This document shows, piece by piece, positions 29,839 to 40,128 of a DNA stretch of 64,000 nt. The translations under genes and the position numbers were made by a program. The DNA is from a virus (Duplodnaviria; Caudoviricetes): the IMG/VR virus record IMGVR_UViG_3300011008_000002; one strand, 5' to 3'. The notes below the pieces were generated by a model. The model was given only the letters and a program-made list of their open reading frames with translations. It was not told where the DNA came from and did no database searches. Every line of letters starts with the position of its first letter. Position 1 is the stretch's first letter.

Positions 29839-29973
29839 AACAAACCTCCTTAGTGTATGGTTGTATAGTTACCAAATTTTAATATATCAATAAAATCTTC
29901 ATAAACATTATTTTCTCCTAGATGACCGTTTTAGCACAATCTTTTAAATACTAAGCAAAGGAGGTTTTACGAT

Positions 29974-32900
29974 ATGGATTTGACAATAAAAACTCCGAAA
30001 GAAGAATTGATTGATAAAATTAACGATTTAGAAATACCGGAAGATGTCCTCTATGCAAATAATACATTTAGCCTTACGGCGTTAAATGAGACATTGGAGC
30101 GTCTATCCCTTATCAACTTCTGGAGTTTATACCAAACTCAAAGAGCCAGATTACATATGGAACGATTTGATATCCCATTTAGAGATTTCAAACCAACCTA
30201 TCGTTTATCTGGAGAAAAAACGAGAGAATATTTTCCAAAACGCAATATTGCGTATATAGATTATCAATTCATTCGTGCTGAACTACGTAAGAAATATCGT
30301 AATTCGGATGTTTACAACAAAGCGGTCAATCAGGTTGAGATATCTGAGAACCCAAGTATTTTCCGATATAATCACCTTGTATTCATTAATGGTGATTATA
30401 TCTCTACTACTGAAGTTTATCCTCAGGAAGCAAAGACTGGTATTATTATTGACCTTGAGTCAAATCAAAGTAGACATGGAATTACATATGCTGATTATAC
30501 CAGATGGATGGAAGAAAATCCTACGGTTACAATCATCATAGTTCCAAATTTCAAGGTATCAATGCTTAATACCAATCAGTATATCATTAACCGTGCAAAT
30601 GGTAGTCTTCCGTTTGATAATATTACTGGGTCAGAATACTTTACAGATGAAACTGTTTGCTTCTTAAATTCAGGGGAAGGTCTCAGTAGAAGATTTCTAT
30701 CTGACAAGATTACCATAGATACGGAGTCTCGGGTAATAAACTTTGATAATGATTTGGGAGCTGGTGGAAAGACTTATCACCTTTGCTTCATTACATTTGA
30801 CCATTTGTTTGCTAAGAGATATTTCTCGAATGAGCACCCTTATACGCAGTTATCTGAAGCAAAAATGCCTTGTCCTAAAGAGCATTTTGTATTCCTTTCA
30901 AGGAAGACTGGAATTGGTTCATTCCAATTTGATGGAGATATTTCTGCGGATATGTATTATCCGAATATCTATAAGTTCAACGGATTGGAAGATAATGAAG
31001 AGGGGTTAGCACTTGTATTCCAAGATGAGGATACTGTTACAAAGTCAGAAGAATACATCAATGACCTCAAGAAGTATGAAGAATATATCGCACTCCTTCC
31101 GAGGTTTGAAGACGGTTCGATTGATGATATTATAAAGAATTACCGTCCTTCTACGTTTACATATTCCATTGAGGATTATGAAGGTTCAGTATACGTGCCT
31201 GATACGATGAACTATAAGGTACAAAAACTTCATAAAGCAATCTATAATAATCCTTGGGCTCTTGCCGTATATATGGATATGCTAAATCTTCCGAGTGACA
31301 AATTCTTTCTTGATATGGAGAAAATTGATTTGACTAATCGTATCAGGAGAGATAGTTCGAGGGAAGAAATAGATGCAGGAACTCCTGTAGTCACATTCAA
31401 CGAAGATAGGTACGTATTTGCTATGAACCGTCACTATGTAGAAACAAGAAAGTACGGGTTCAGGATTTTCATTGATGGGTACTTTCAGTTAGATAATACC
31501 TATACAATCTTATCTGGTCCGAATTTCTATTTCATCTATATACCGGTTGATAAGATTAAACCTACTACTATGATTGAAATCGAGAGATATAAACTCTATA
31601 CGATTGAAAAACGTGGTACAGTAGAGTCAATAGATACACCAGTCGTTGAGTTTGATTTCTCAGAAGATAGGCAGATGTTTGGATATTCCAGGGAAATCTA
31701 TGCTGTTGATTTGAATACCCTTTTGTTTATCCCAAAGAATAAGTTGAGGATTGAAGTCCTTTACAAGTTCAATGAGAAATATGATAGGTGGGTAGAAATA
31801 CCTGAGCAAAGGAATATTCCCCTTGAGAATAAGGTTCGAGTATATGTAAAGGACGAAGCTTATGTCGGAAAACAGATAAGAGCAGGTATTCAAAGAACTA
31901 CAGTAATGGCTTCTGGTGATGTCTATCATGAAAATCCAGATGACGATGATAGGTCGTTCTGGTATACAAAAGGTGAAATTAGTAATTTCGGTGGGTATGA
32001 CAGGTCGAACTATAGGGTGTTCAATAACGGAAGATTGTTACTTCCTATCGAATACTATATCAATACATCTGAAAGATATGGAAAGAAAGACTTCTTTAGA
32101 ACAAGTTGTCTTCTTAGGGAAGGTGATAGGTTTACAATCGACCATGTCCCTGCTCAATTCCGTGCTGTGTATTTTCAGCGTACGATTGACGAAGAAAACA
32201 ATAGAGGTTTCGTAGACCTTGATGGAAAAATAGCATTACCTATATCTCTTAAGTGGTATGATATCTATGTAAATGGTCAGAAACTAAATAAGAAGAACAT
32301 TGAGATTATCTCTCCGACTAAGTTTTATATTCAGGGAGTAGATTCTCGTATCAATCTTCTGATTGTTGTGAAAAACCGTGACACTGAAATATTCCATCTC
32401 CCTTACTATGAGTCATCATTTGATGCTCCTGTCCAAGTGGATTGGAACAATACAATCATTGATGAATTGATGGACGATATTGCAGGACTGAAGAAGATTA
32501 TTGATGAAACAAAGCAACCGCTTCCTGATAATACTCCTGATATTGCTGAAAGTGTTGCTCTTAACATTGATGCACTTGTATTCTTCTTCGAATACTTCAT
32601 GTATACGTTCATTAACGCTAACAAGAGGCAAATCACACAAGAAATTAAGGAGGCGTTCCCGTCACTCTTATTAGATTATGGGATTATGCCAATCGACAGC
32701 AATGATGGATGTATAGATAGTAACGCAATAGGCGGATACTTAGTTAAATCCATTGATTGTAATATTAAGAAGGGAGAAAAAGATATGTTTTCAGATGCCA
32801 ATATTGACTATAGTGGCGTAGGTGCATTACAAGACAGATTCGCAATGCGTCCTCTGAATACGGATAACTACAAGTATGCTCTCCGTGAAGAGTTTATGAC

Positions 32901-33399
32901 TGATCCGAATACAGCGGAACCTGCTATTGTAAATGCAGACGGAACTGTTACGTCAATTAGCACCACTGTACGTCTAAAGCACCATATCGAAGACTTTAAC
33001 AGCAAAGTCATAACGTATGGTATGGGAAGAGCTGATATTTATCAGATTACTTTCGATGATGAATACAAGACAAATGTCTATACACCTGGAGAAAATTTGC
33101 TGACTGAAACTATCGTGATACCTGACAGGATAGGGAGACTCTGTCTTAGCATTGATGCAACTTTCTTGTCTCAAGACGGGGAATGCAAGATGCTTAAGCT
33201 TGCAGACATTGATCCTACTATCACGATTAATTATACAGCAGATGGTGTGCAGAAAACAATCACTTGCAAGCTCACAAGGCTTAGCGAGAATATGATTGAA
33301 GAAAACAACAGGATAGTCTCGTTAGATAGCATTACCATAACTGAAATTCCTGAAACAGTGAAAAAGTCCTTTGTTCACTCACTGTTACTGGCATACTAA
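29974..33399 (+). CDS. large virion structural protein (baseplate/tail-associated)
   Basis: 1141 aa, repeated VFING/IFIDG/VFNNG/IYVNG beta modules, CACA-N6-TA at 29935-29946. Confidence 0.7.
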   Translation: MDLTIKTPKEELIDKINDLEIPEDVLYANNTFSLTALNETLERLSLINFWSLYQTQRARLHMERFDIPFRDFKPTYRLSGEKTREYFPKRNIAYIDYQFIRAELRKKYRNSDVYNKAVNQVEISENPSIFRYNHLVFINGDYISTTEVYPQEAKTGIIIDLESNQSRHGITYADYTRWMEENPTVTIIIVPNFKVSMLNTNQYIINRANGSLPFDNITGSEYFTDETVCFLNSGEGLSRRFLSDKITIDTESRVINFDNDLGAGGKTYHLCFITFDHLFAKRYFSNEHPYTQLSEAKMPCPKEHFVFLSRKTGIGSFQFDGDISADMYYPNIYKFNGLEDNEEGLALVFQDEDTVTKSEEYINDLKKYEEYIALLPRFEDGSIDDIIKNYRPSTFTYSIEDYEGSVYVPDTMNYKVQKLHKAIYNNPWALAVYMDMLNLPSDKFFLDMEKIDLTNRIRRDSSREEIDAGTPVVTFNEDRYVFAMNRHYVETRKYGFRIFIDGYFQLDNTYTILSGPNFYFIYIPVDKIKPTTMIEIERYKLYTIEKRGTVESIDTPVVEFDFSEDRQMFGYSREIYAVDLNTLLFIPKNKLRIEVLYKFNEKYDRWVEIPEQRNIPLENKVRVYVKDEAYVGKQIRAGIQRTTVMASGDVYHENPDDDDRSFWYTKGEISNFGGYDRSNYRVFNNGRLLLPIEYYINTSERYGKKDFFRTSCLLREGDRFTIDHVPAQFRAVYFQRTIDEENNRGFVDLDGKIALPISLKWYDIYVNGQKLNKKNIEIISPTKFYIQGVDSRINLLIVVKNRDTEIFHLPYYESSFDAPVQVDWNNTIIDELMDDIAGLKKIIDETKQPLPDNTPDIAESVALNIDALVFFFEYFMYTFINANKRQITQEIKEAFPSLLLDYGIMPIDSNDGCIDSNAIGGYLVKSIDCNIKKGEKDMFSDANIDYSGVGALQDRFAMRPLNTDNYKYALREEFMTDPNTAEPAIVNADGTVTSISTTVRLKHHIEDFNSKVITYGMGRADIYQITFDDEYKTNVYTPGENLLTETIVIPDRIGRLCLSIDATFLSQDGECKMLKLADIDPTITINYTADGVQKTITCKLTRLSENMIEENNRIVSLDSITITEIPETVKKSFVHSLLLAY

Positions 33400-33422
33400 A
33401 AGAAAGGTGGTGAATAAAAGTT

Positions 33423-35786
33423 ATGAGACTTATACAAGTTCGTGACAATAAAAACCGCCCGATAAATAATCTGGATGTAATGGTCGGTGCCTTGTTTGGT
33501 GACAAGGTACCGAAGGAATTTATACCAGATAAATACTACAAGGCGGGAGAGCGAGTTTATGCTCTCGACTCAAATGGTAATTTGAATGTCTGGTCCTGCA
33601 ATATAAGCGGGAAATTTAAGTCTTGCAAAGAACCTAATTTCTCTGAATGGTCTCTAAATTCCATTATTGAGAATGCAAGACGTACAACAGTCACAACAGG
33701 AGAACCGATAAATGCAGTTATGTATGAGTGTAAATCAGCGGTTTCTCCAAGAGATGAGTATATGGAGTATGATGGTAGAGCTCATTTTGATACGACCGTC
33801 AATGACTTCAGCTTAAATGATTATACAGGAGAAGGAGATATTATAGATGTATATCTCCGTAGGGAACATTCTGACCACTATCTTAGAAAGGAAGATTACA
33901 GGTTCGTTGGAAAGAAACTCAGTGTTGCTCTTCCTCTTGAGGATATGACAGATGAATCAAATGCAGGTACTATCTTCTTACCTGCTGGTAGAGAAGTCAC
34001 CGATATTGGACAGGAAAAGTATTGGTATGGCGAAAATGGTAAAGTCAAAACCGTTGCTGATCAAAACATCAACGGAGTACAGGTAACGGACTTTGATATT
34101 CTTGAAACATTGGGTAAATCCATTGAGTATGGGTATAAGATTGGTAACTTGAATATCGTATCCGTACATACGGTAACTGGTTCTCCTATGAACCATACTC
34201 TGGAAGATGATATCTATCGTCTTGATGAATTCGAGATTGGAAATCATGCTGCAATCGGTAATGATACAGAAGGAGATATCCAGAGTGTTACGGTACACGT
34301 TGACATTGAACCTGAAAGAGGTATATGGGATGAATTGACTGTAACTTATTCTAAGGAAACTCAACTCGTCTCTATGCAATCTTTGAACGGGTATATTCAG
34401 CAGGTTAAGTTCAATGTAACTATGAAGAAGGATAAACCTCTCAGTATATTTATGATTGGAAGTAAAGCAATCAGCCCTATGGCTAGGTTTATCAAAGTTC
34501 TTGATGATTACGGTGAAGTTGTTGAGCATAACTCGGAGAAATTGATAAAAATACCGAGGTTTGAATTACTCAGGTATAATAGCTTTGAGTTTGAGTTGTA
34601 CGTAGATAGAGTATTCCGCAGTGATTATGAAGAAGTGGCGGACGAAGATACTGGTGAAATCTATATCAGGATGCTTAATACAAATACCATCGACTGGGAC
34701 AACACGACGTTCTTGTTCCATATCTTCTACTGTGTAACTCAATCGGCAGCTATCATCAAAACCCATGACCAGAAGAAAGTTGAAACCGAGAGAGATGCCT
34801 TCAGGTTGATGCTTACATCCTCGTTCGTAAACAAATTCCAGTGGATGAAGATGAGGGAAGACTCCAAATTGGTACCACCGGAATATGCAGTTGGAAGTAA
34901 GAATACTGCGAATATCACGAATATGGATCATTATCTGAGTATCGGTCAAACTCTAAAGGCTGATATATTCAGTATGGTTTTCAAAGATGACATTACACGT
35001 AGGGTTGGGAGTACTACTGATATTTGTAACTCAGAGTCGTATCCCATCCTTGCAGATACAAAGGAGTTTGTAATTCCTTTCTTGGATTACGATTCGGGTT
35101 TTGATGACTTCCTTATTTTTAAGGCAGGTGGCGTGCTTCTTAGTTCATCTAAGTGGTACTTAAATGGAAACTATGTGAATATGTATGTCCACGAAAATCC
35201 CTTAAGGGATGGAGATTATCTTGATTTCCGTCTGTTGGATAGGGATGAGACAGTAAGAGTGGATAATTACTTCTTCGATGTTGATACAATCAATAATTGT
35301 ATCAATACTGGAGTTGATTTACAGACGGCAGCGTTCTATTTGTTATTCACTACAAGTGGTGAGTATATAAGCTCATCCAAGTACACAGTTGAAAATGGAG
35401 TTATTACATTTAAGAATGAAGGATCTGATTGCGATCAACCTTACGAACCATATGACGGAGCGAGGGTTGAATTAGTGGTTGGTATCTATAAGCATTCTTA
35501 TAGTAAGACTCTTTATAAGATGATTCAGATTGAAGCAACTGACGAAGGTCAGAGGGAATTCTATCTGGATGAGTCGATTGAATACAACCCTGACTCAGAC
35601 AACTTACTGATTTTCAGAAAAGATGGATTGTACATCGGTGAACGGTTCTATCATACAGATGCAACCAACGGCAAAATCGTCATTGACAAAGGTTCTGGCG
35701 TTCCGCTTGGTAGTTATATTGACATCTTACTGATAAGAAATATGTCAATTAGGGTAACACCTGATACGGAAACGGAGGAACAGTGA
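33423..35786 (+). CDS. virion structural protein with repeated beta modules
   Basis: 787 aa; repeats FLIFKAGG/YLLFTTSG/LLIFRKDG each followed by a Y; same operon. Confidence 0.65.
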   Translation: MRLIQVRDNKNRPINNLDVMVGALFGDKVPKEFIPDKYYKAGERVYALDSNGNLNVWSCNISGKFKSCKEPNFSEWSLNSIIENARRTTVTTGEPINAVMYECKSAVSPRDEYMEYDGRAHFDTTVNDFSLNDYTGEGDIIDVYLRREHSDHYLRKEDYRFVGKKLSVALPLEDMTDESNAGTIFLPAGREVTDIGQEKYWYGENGKVKTVADQNINGVQVTDFDILETLGKSIEYGYKIGNLNIVSVHTVTGSPMNHTLEDDIYRLDEFEIGNHAAIGNDTEGDIQSVTVHVDIEPERGIWDELTVTYSKETQLVSMQSLNGYIQQVKFNVTMKKDKPLSIFMIGSKAISPMARFIKVLDDYGEVVEHNSEKLIKIPRFELLRYNSFEFELYVDRVFRSDYEEVADEDTGEIYIRMLNTNTIDWDNTTFLFHIFYCVTQSAAIIKTHDQKKVETERDAFRLMLTSSFVNKFQWMKMREDSKLVPPEYAVGSKNTANITNMDHYLSIGQTLKADIFSMVFKDDITRRVGSTTDICNSESYPILADTKEFVIPFLDYDSGFDDFLIFKAGGVLLSSSKWYLNGNYVNMYVHENPLRDGDYLDFRLLDRDETVRVDNYFFDVDTINNCINTGVDLQTAAFYLLFTTSGEYISSSKYTVENGVITFKNEGSDCDQPYEPYDGARVELVVGIYKHSYSKTLYKMIQIEATDEGQREFYLDESIEYNPDSDNLLIFRKDGLYIGERFYHTDATNGKIVIDKGSGVPLGSYIDILLIRNMSIRVTPDTETEEQ

Positions 35787-35787
35787 G

Positions 35788-36423
35788 ATGACATTTATTG
35801 AAAAAATAAAATGGTTGTTTTCTGGTGATAATAAAAAAAGTACTAAGGTTGGGGGGTTTGCGGGAAACCGCACCCCTTATACCCAAGATGGTAATGTACA
35901 AGAATTTACAGAAGAAGAATTTATCAATACTTTGATGAAGCACCCTATATTCTCAGAGTTAAGGGAATGGACTGATTATCGTACAAAAATACTATCCATC
36001 AAAGATCCAATAAAACGGAATATGGCTAAATACTATCTTGGGATACTGTTTCGTGAACTTCAGAATGCAGTAAAAAAGATAGTTGTAGATCATGATACGT
36101 ATTTAGACGATTCCATCGCTCTAAATAATTTACTAATCGACACGATCAACGACGTGAGTAAAACCGCACTTGCAGGTGGAGTTCCGGAGATATTTCTGGA
36201 TAAGTTCAACCATTATTTGTATACGCAGACAAAGATCTTGGATTCAACATATCGGGATCTTGACAAGTTTGAGTATTATAATACAAATATTGCAAGAGCG
36301 ACAGTGAGGCTTGACTTGGAGTTCTTAACGATTAGGAACATCACTTCAGAAGTAGAATCTGTTATAGACGACATGAATGGTGAGTTGCGGTCAGCGTTGG
36401 AAGGATCGGTGTTCGATAACTAA
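35788..36423 (+). CDS. hypothetical protein
   Basis: 211 aa, SD GGAGG. Confidence 0.75.
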   Translation: MTFIEKIKWLFSGDNKKSTKVGGFAGNRTPYTQDGNVQEFTEEEFINTLMKHPIFSELREWTDYRTKILSIKDPIKRNMAKYYLGILFRELQNAVKKIVVDHDTYLDDSIALNNLLIDTINDVSKTALAGGVPEIFLDKFNHYLYTQTKILDSTYRDLDKFEYYNTNIARATVRLDLEFLTIRNITSEVESVIDDMNGELRSALEGSVFDN

Positions 36424-36444
36424 AATAAAGGAGGGATATAAAAT

Positions 36445-36975
36445 ATGCAGTTATTATATCAACTCTTTACGAGTTATCATTACACACCAGTTGTTGTCGC
36501 AACTGCTGCACCAGTTTCAGAATTTGCTTCATTGATAGCTGATTTTGGAATACAAATAGTAATTGTTGCAATGATGATGTTTTTCATGTGGAAGTATATG
36601 AATAACTTAATCAAACGCGACAATAAGCTATACGAAGAGATTATTCCAAGACTTACTACTATAGAAAAATCCATAAAAGAAATGGATACCAGTGTAAGTC
36701 AACTAATTAGTAATCATAATGCTCATACGAATCAATCCATTAAAGCAATGGAGAAGGATTTGGATGATATTAGAGATATGACTTTGAGAGACCAGGATCA
36801 ACTTAGAAACATTTCTGGACAGTTGACTGTTCTTGAAGGAAATATTGAAGTATTGTTCCACAACATCATCGCTTTGAGTGCTAATAACTCATCAATGATT
36901 CGTATGAATAGAAGCTACGAAAATAGTCCTATAGTGATTAACTCAGATACGGAACAAAACGATGATGAAAAATAG
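36445..36975 (+). CDS. single-TM coiled-coil protein (BhlA/holin-like topology)
   Basis: TM FGIQIVIVAMMMFFMW followed by heptads; hairpin 36992-37024. Confidence 0.6.
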   Translation: MQLLYQLFTSYHYTPVVVATAAPVSEFASLIADFGIQIVIVAMMMFFMWKYMNNLIKRDNKLYEEIIPRLTTIEKSIKEMDTSVSQLISNHNAHTNQSIKAMEKDLDDIRDMTLRDQDQLRNISGQLTVLEGNIEVLFHNIIALSANNSSMIRMNRSYENSPIVINSDTEQNDDEK

Positions 36976-37033
36976 AATACAAAAAATGAAAAGAGAATAG
37001 GTGAAGTGATTTCACCTATTCTCTCCTGTTTTG

Positions 37034-37633
37034 TTATCTAAGAACTACAGTGGTGTATTTTTCTGTAAGCTTACCATAATGCTTCACTATGTATCTATTA
37101 TCGTTCCATCTGTCTTTCCAAAACTCATAGAACTCAACGTTCATATTATAAAGTTCAATTTTATTCTCAAGCTCGACCCTTCCAATCTCCATAGTGAGTA
37201 AAGCGTTTAAGACGTTATCATCTATTTTTATCTCAGGATGGTTTTCAAGGAAAGCATAGATACGTATAAGACCAGAAGCTTTATCTCTAATGAACGTATC
37301 ATCATCTGGGAATATGGAATTGAACGTTTCTATAGTGATTTGGTCGTTAGTCTTTTCACAAGCCTTCTTCACAGCTTTGTATAAATCAACTGACCTCTCA
37401 TACTGAAGTTCGTGGATATCAGAAACCATTTGAATTTCATCGTCAAGGAATCTAGTAATTTCGCTAATTCTTTGAGATGTCACCTCGTATTCATCTTCAT
37501 TACTTCGTTTTGATTCATTTCCAACAACAATTAACACCAGTCCAACAAACGCGGCTACCAATACTATCACTGTAGCCATGTACATCCTAAAACTTACGTA
37601 CCTTCTGTCTCTTCTCTTATAGAATAAACTCAT
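37034..37633 (-). CDS. membrane-anchored helical protein (weakly LemA-like)
   Basis: N-terminal TM, C-terminal IELYNMNVEFY; SD AAAGGAGG. Confidence 0.6.
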   Translation of the reverse strand: MSLFYKRRDRRYVSFRMYMATVIVLVAAFVGLVLIVVGNESKRSNEDEYEVTSQRISEITRFLDDEIQMVSDIHELQYERSVDLYKAVKKACEKTNDQITIETFNSIFPDDDTFIRDKASGLIRIYAFLENHPEIKIDDNVLNALLTMEIGRVELENKIELYNMNVEFYEFWKDRWNDNRYIVKHYGKLTEKYTTVVLR

Positions 37634-37683
37634 GATAATTTCCTCCTTTATGATATTTGCTCAATGAGCTACAACATTAATGT

Positions 37684-37868
37684 AAATGTAGAAATGATTT
37701 ACGACCATCGTCGTGTAAAAAGCTTAGGTGATTTGCTGCCAGAATTCTTTTCAAAATACGTGCGCTTAGTACACGTGTCCTCCGAATGAAATGTACATAA
37801 ATTGACGAACACGACGATAATACTAGAACCTACGCGGGTTGCTGCCCTGCGTAGGTTCATTCTGTTTT
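37684..37868 (+). ncRNA. candidate structured RNA C (or 31-aa SD-less ORF 37694-37789)
   Basis: AACA-N6-TA at 37673-37684; 10-bp long-range stem ATCGTCGTGT/ACACGACGAT; terminal hairpin 37826-37858. Confidence 0.5.
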
Positions 37869-37872
37869 GCAC

Positions 37873-39369
37873 TTAGATATTCAGATAAGCATACATTCCG
37901 GCAATACCATCTTTGAACGGTGCAGTGTCCATATCATAAAGACCATCATTATGTGATATAAACATATTGCTCCGTGGGTTATTGTTCTTGTAATACTCTT
38001 CACCAATCTTCCCAATCTTATGACAGAATATATTCTCGATATCACCATCGAAATCCGCATTCTGTTTGTTTAGTACATAAGTCGGAAGACCCATACAATA
38101 ATCCGTGATGTCACTCGATATCTTAGCAACGTACATCGTAATATACGAACCAAGATTGATAGACGGATTTCTGTCAATACTGACGTACAATTTATTATGT
38201 GTCATCAAATGCTGCATAAGTTTATAGATGCGCTCGCTATACACGACTGATGCTTCAGATAACATATCCCAAGCATAAGGATAATCCTTCTGATACAAGT
38301 CATGTATCATCGCAACGAGTTCCATTTTATACAGTTCCAAGAAGGTTGTATATCCAAGCCCTATCTGGTCTGCTCTTAACTCAGGGTCTGGTACGATAAC
38401 ATTTCGTCCAGTATAATTAAGACGACCACCGAGAATCTGTTCATTGATAATACCTTCTTTCCTTTTGATTGTCTGAAACGACATATCCCAAAGTTGATTG
38501 ACATAACTCTGGATACGATATAGGATGTTCTCTTTACGTAAATACGCTGTATCCTTCTTACGGTTTGTTCTATAATCAACTCGCCGTTTCCATTCAAAAT
38601 CATCATTCAACAACATATGATCGCTAAATAACTTCTGGAAGATTTTATCTTCATCGGAATATTTAATATCTCCATTCCGAACCATCCATTTCCTTAGCAT
38701 CATATTATAACACGGGATAGAATGTATGAAGATTTCTTCCTCGTGTATCCTAAAGAATTCATACCCATCAACTTTCCTACTTCTCTTATTGTAGAATTCA
38801 AGTATCTCTCTAAACCTCTCCCTGAATTCAATCATTCCAATCCCATAGAACGGAGAGGTCTTATTATCCATATACTTCTCACGTTCTTTCTCAGGAACGT
38901 AATGTAGCATCTGATGCAAATGGGCATTGCCGAAATACCAACCAAGCTTCAAGAACATTGCAGGATTGATTATTTCGTTCCTATCAAGAATAAACCAGCC
39001 TGTCTTCATAATTTTCGTATCAATGAACCTCACTGGTTTTCCACACTTCGGACAAACCGTTTCAGAGTCCATATATCTACGTCCTATCAGGTTTCCACAC
39101 TTGCACGAAAACCTATCTTCGAATGCATTTTCATCCTTCCAATCTGTACCATACAATGGAGAATGAATTGAATAAAGTCCAGGTTCCAAATCTAAGTCAG
39201 TTTTACCTCTTTCTGTAATTCGGAACCCTACTCCTGTAGTTATCTCATCCTTGCATCTGGAGTCCCAATCTGATATAATAATCCTAAATCTTGGATTACA
39301 GATTGTTGCCCCATCTGATGTATACTTGTGTGGATGATCAATTCTTTCACCTGACAAATATAAAGGCAT
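37873..39369 (-). CDS. RNA polymerase beta' subunit, N-terminal part with catalytic NADFDGD
   Basis: Zn finger CKCG...CPKC, GGRLNYTGRNVI, RNPSI, NADFDGD; start at 39369 (SD AAAGGAG) or 39393. Confidence 0.92.
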   Translation of the reverse strand: MPLYLSGERIDHPHKYTSDGATICNPRFRIIISDWDSRCKDEITTGVGFRITERGKTDLDLEPGLYSIHSPLYGTDWKDENAFEDRFSCKCGNLIGRRYMDSETVCPKCGKPVRFIDTKIMKTGWFILDRNEIINPAMFLKLGWYFGNAHLHQMLHYVPEKEREKYMDNKTSPFYGIGMIEFRERFREILEFYNKRSRKVDGYEFFRIHEEEIFIHSIPCYNMMLRKWMVRNGDIKYSDEDKIFQKLFSDHMLLNDDFEWKRRVDYRTNRKKDTAYLRKENILYRIQSYVNQLWDMSFQTIKRKEGIINEQILGGRLNYTGRNVIVPDPELRADQIGLGYTTFLELYKMELVAMIHDLYQKDYPYAWDMLSEASVVYSERIYKLMQHLMTHNKLYVSIDRNPSINLGSYITMYVAKISSDITDYCMGLPTYVLNKQNADFDGDIENIFCHKIGKIGEEYYKNNNPRSNMFISHNDGLYDMDTAPFKDGIAGMYAYLNI

Positions 39370-39625
39370 ATCTATTACTCCTTTCTTTTCCATGTAAGCT
39401 TTATTAAGAATGTCTAAAGCTTCTTACGTTTTAATATATAAACATAAAAAATATAATAAAATGAATTGGTATTAACAAAGGAGTGCGGAGTGGTGTGGGA
39501 ATAGCCTAGCTCCATTATAGTTTGATCTTTTCATTTATATTGGTGGATTATTTCTATTCATCTAGGTATCTAATATATAAATGAAAGTCGGTTCATATAT
39601 TTTTTTACAATACGAACAATTAGTT

Positions 39626-39730
39626 AATGGATTGGGTATACGGGTTTTCATCTTTCATCATTCTTTCTACCATACCTTTACTTGTAACGATAGAAGTTAG
39701 TAGGAGCGTCCTGCTAACTTCTTCGCTTTG
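39626..39730 (+). ncRNA. candidate small RNA B (pyrimidine-rich, anti-start-like)
   Basis: AACA-N6-TA at 39615-39626; hairpin GAAGTTAGTAGGA/TCCTGCTAACTTC plus T-rich tail. Confidence 0.5.
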
Positions 39731-39828
39731 TATATAAGAAAAATCCATTTCGCAGCTATTTTATTACTATATTAATTCTGTAGATATAAAGAAACTATCA
39801 ACAACTTTAATACCAAAGGAGGTTCATT

Positions 39829-40071
39829 ATGAACATCATTAAAATCAACAACCACGACGTTACCATCAGCAAGAGCAACGATGGATCCGTTATCATCAAG
39901 TCGGCTAACATGAAGCCGATAATCTTCAAGAAGGATGATATAGACAACGAGCTTATCCTTATGGATGAGATGATGGTTGGTGGCGATACTCCGGTTGCCG
40001 CGAGTGTCGTCAAGGTAGGTGAGCATGTTGATATCACGATATATCAGAGGGCAGCTTCAATGACCCTTTGA
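39829..40071 (+). CDS. small hypothetical protein
   Basis: SD AAAGGAGG, CTATATTAAT at 39767-39776, terminator 40081-40122. Confidence 0.75.
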   Translation: MNIIKINNHDVTISKSNDGSVIIKSANMKPIIFKKDDIDNELILMDEMMVGGDTPVAASVVKVGEHVDITIYQRAASMTL

Positions 40072-40128
40072 CACGATGAGAACCAGTGGGAGACATCCGT
40101 TTCCCACTGGTTCTTTTTTGTATCTGTT

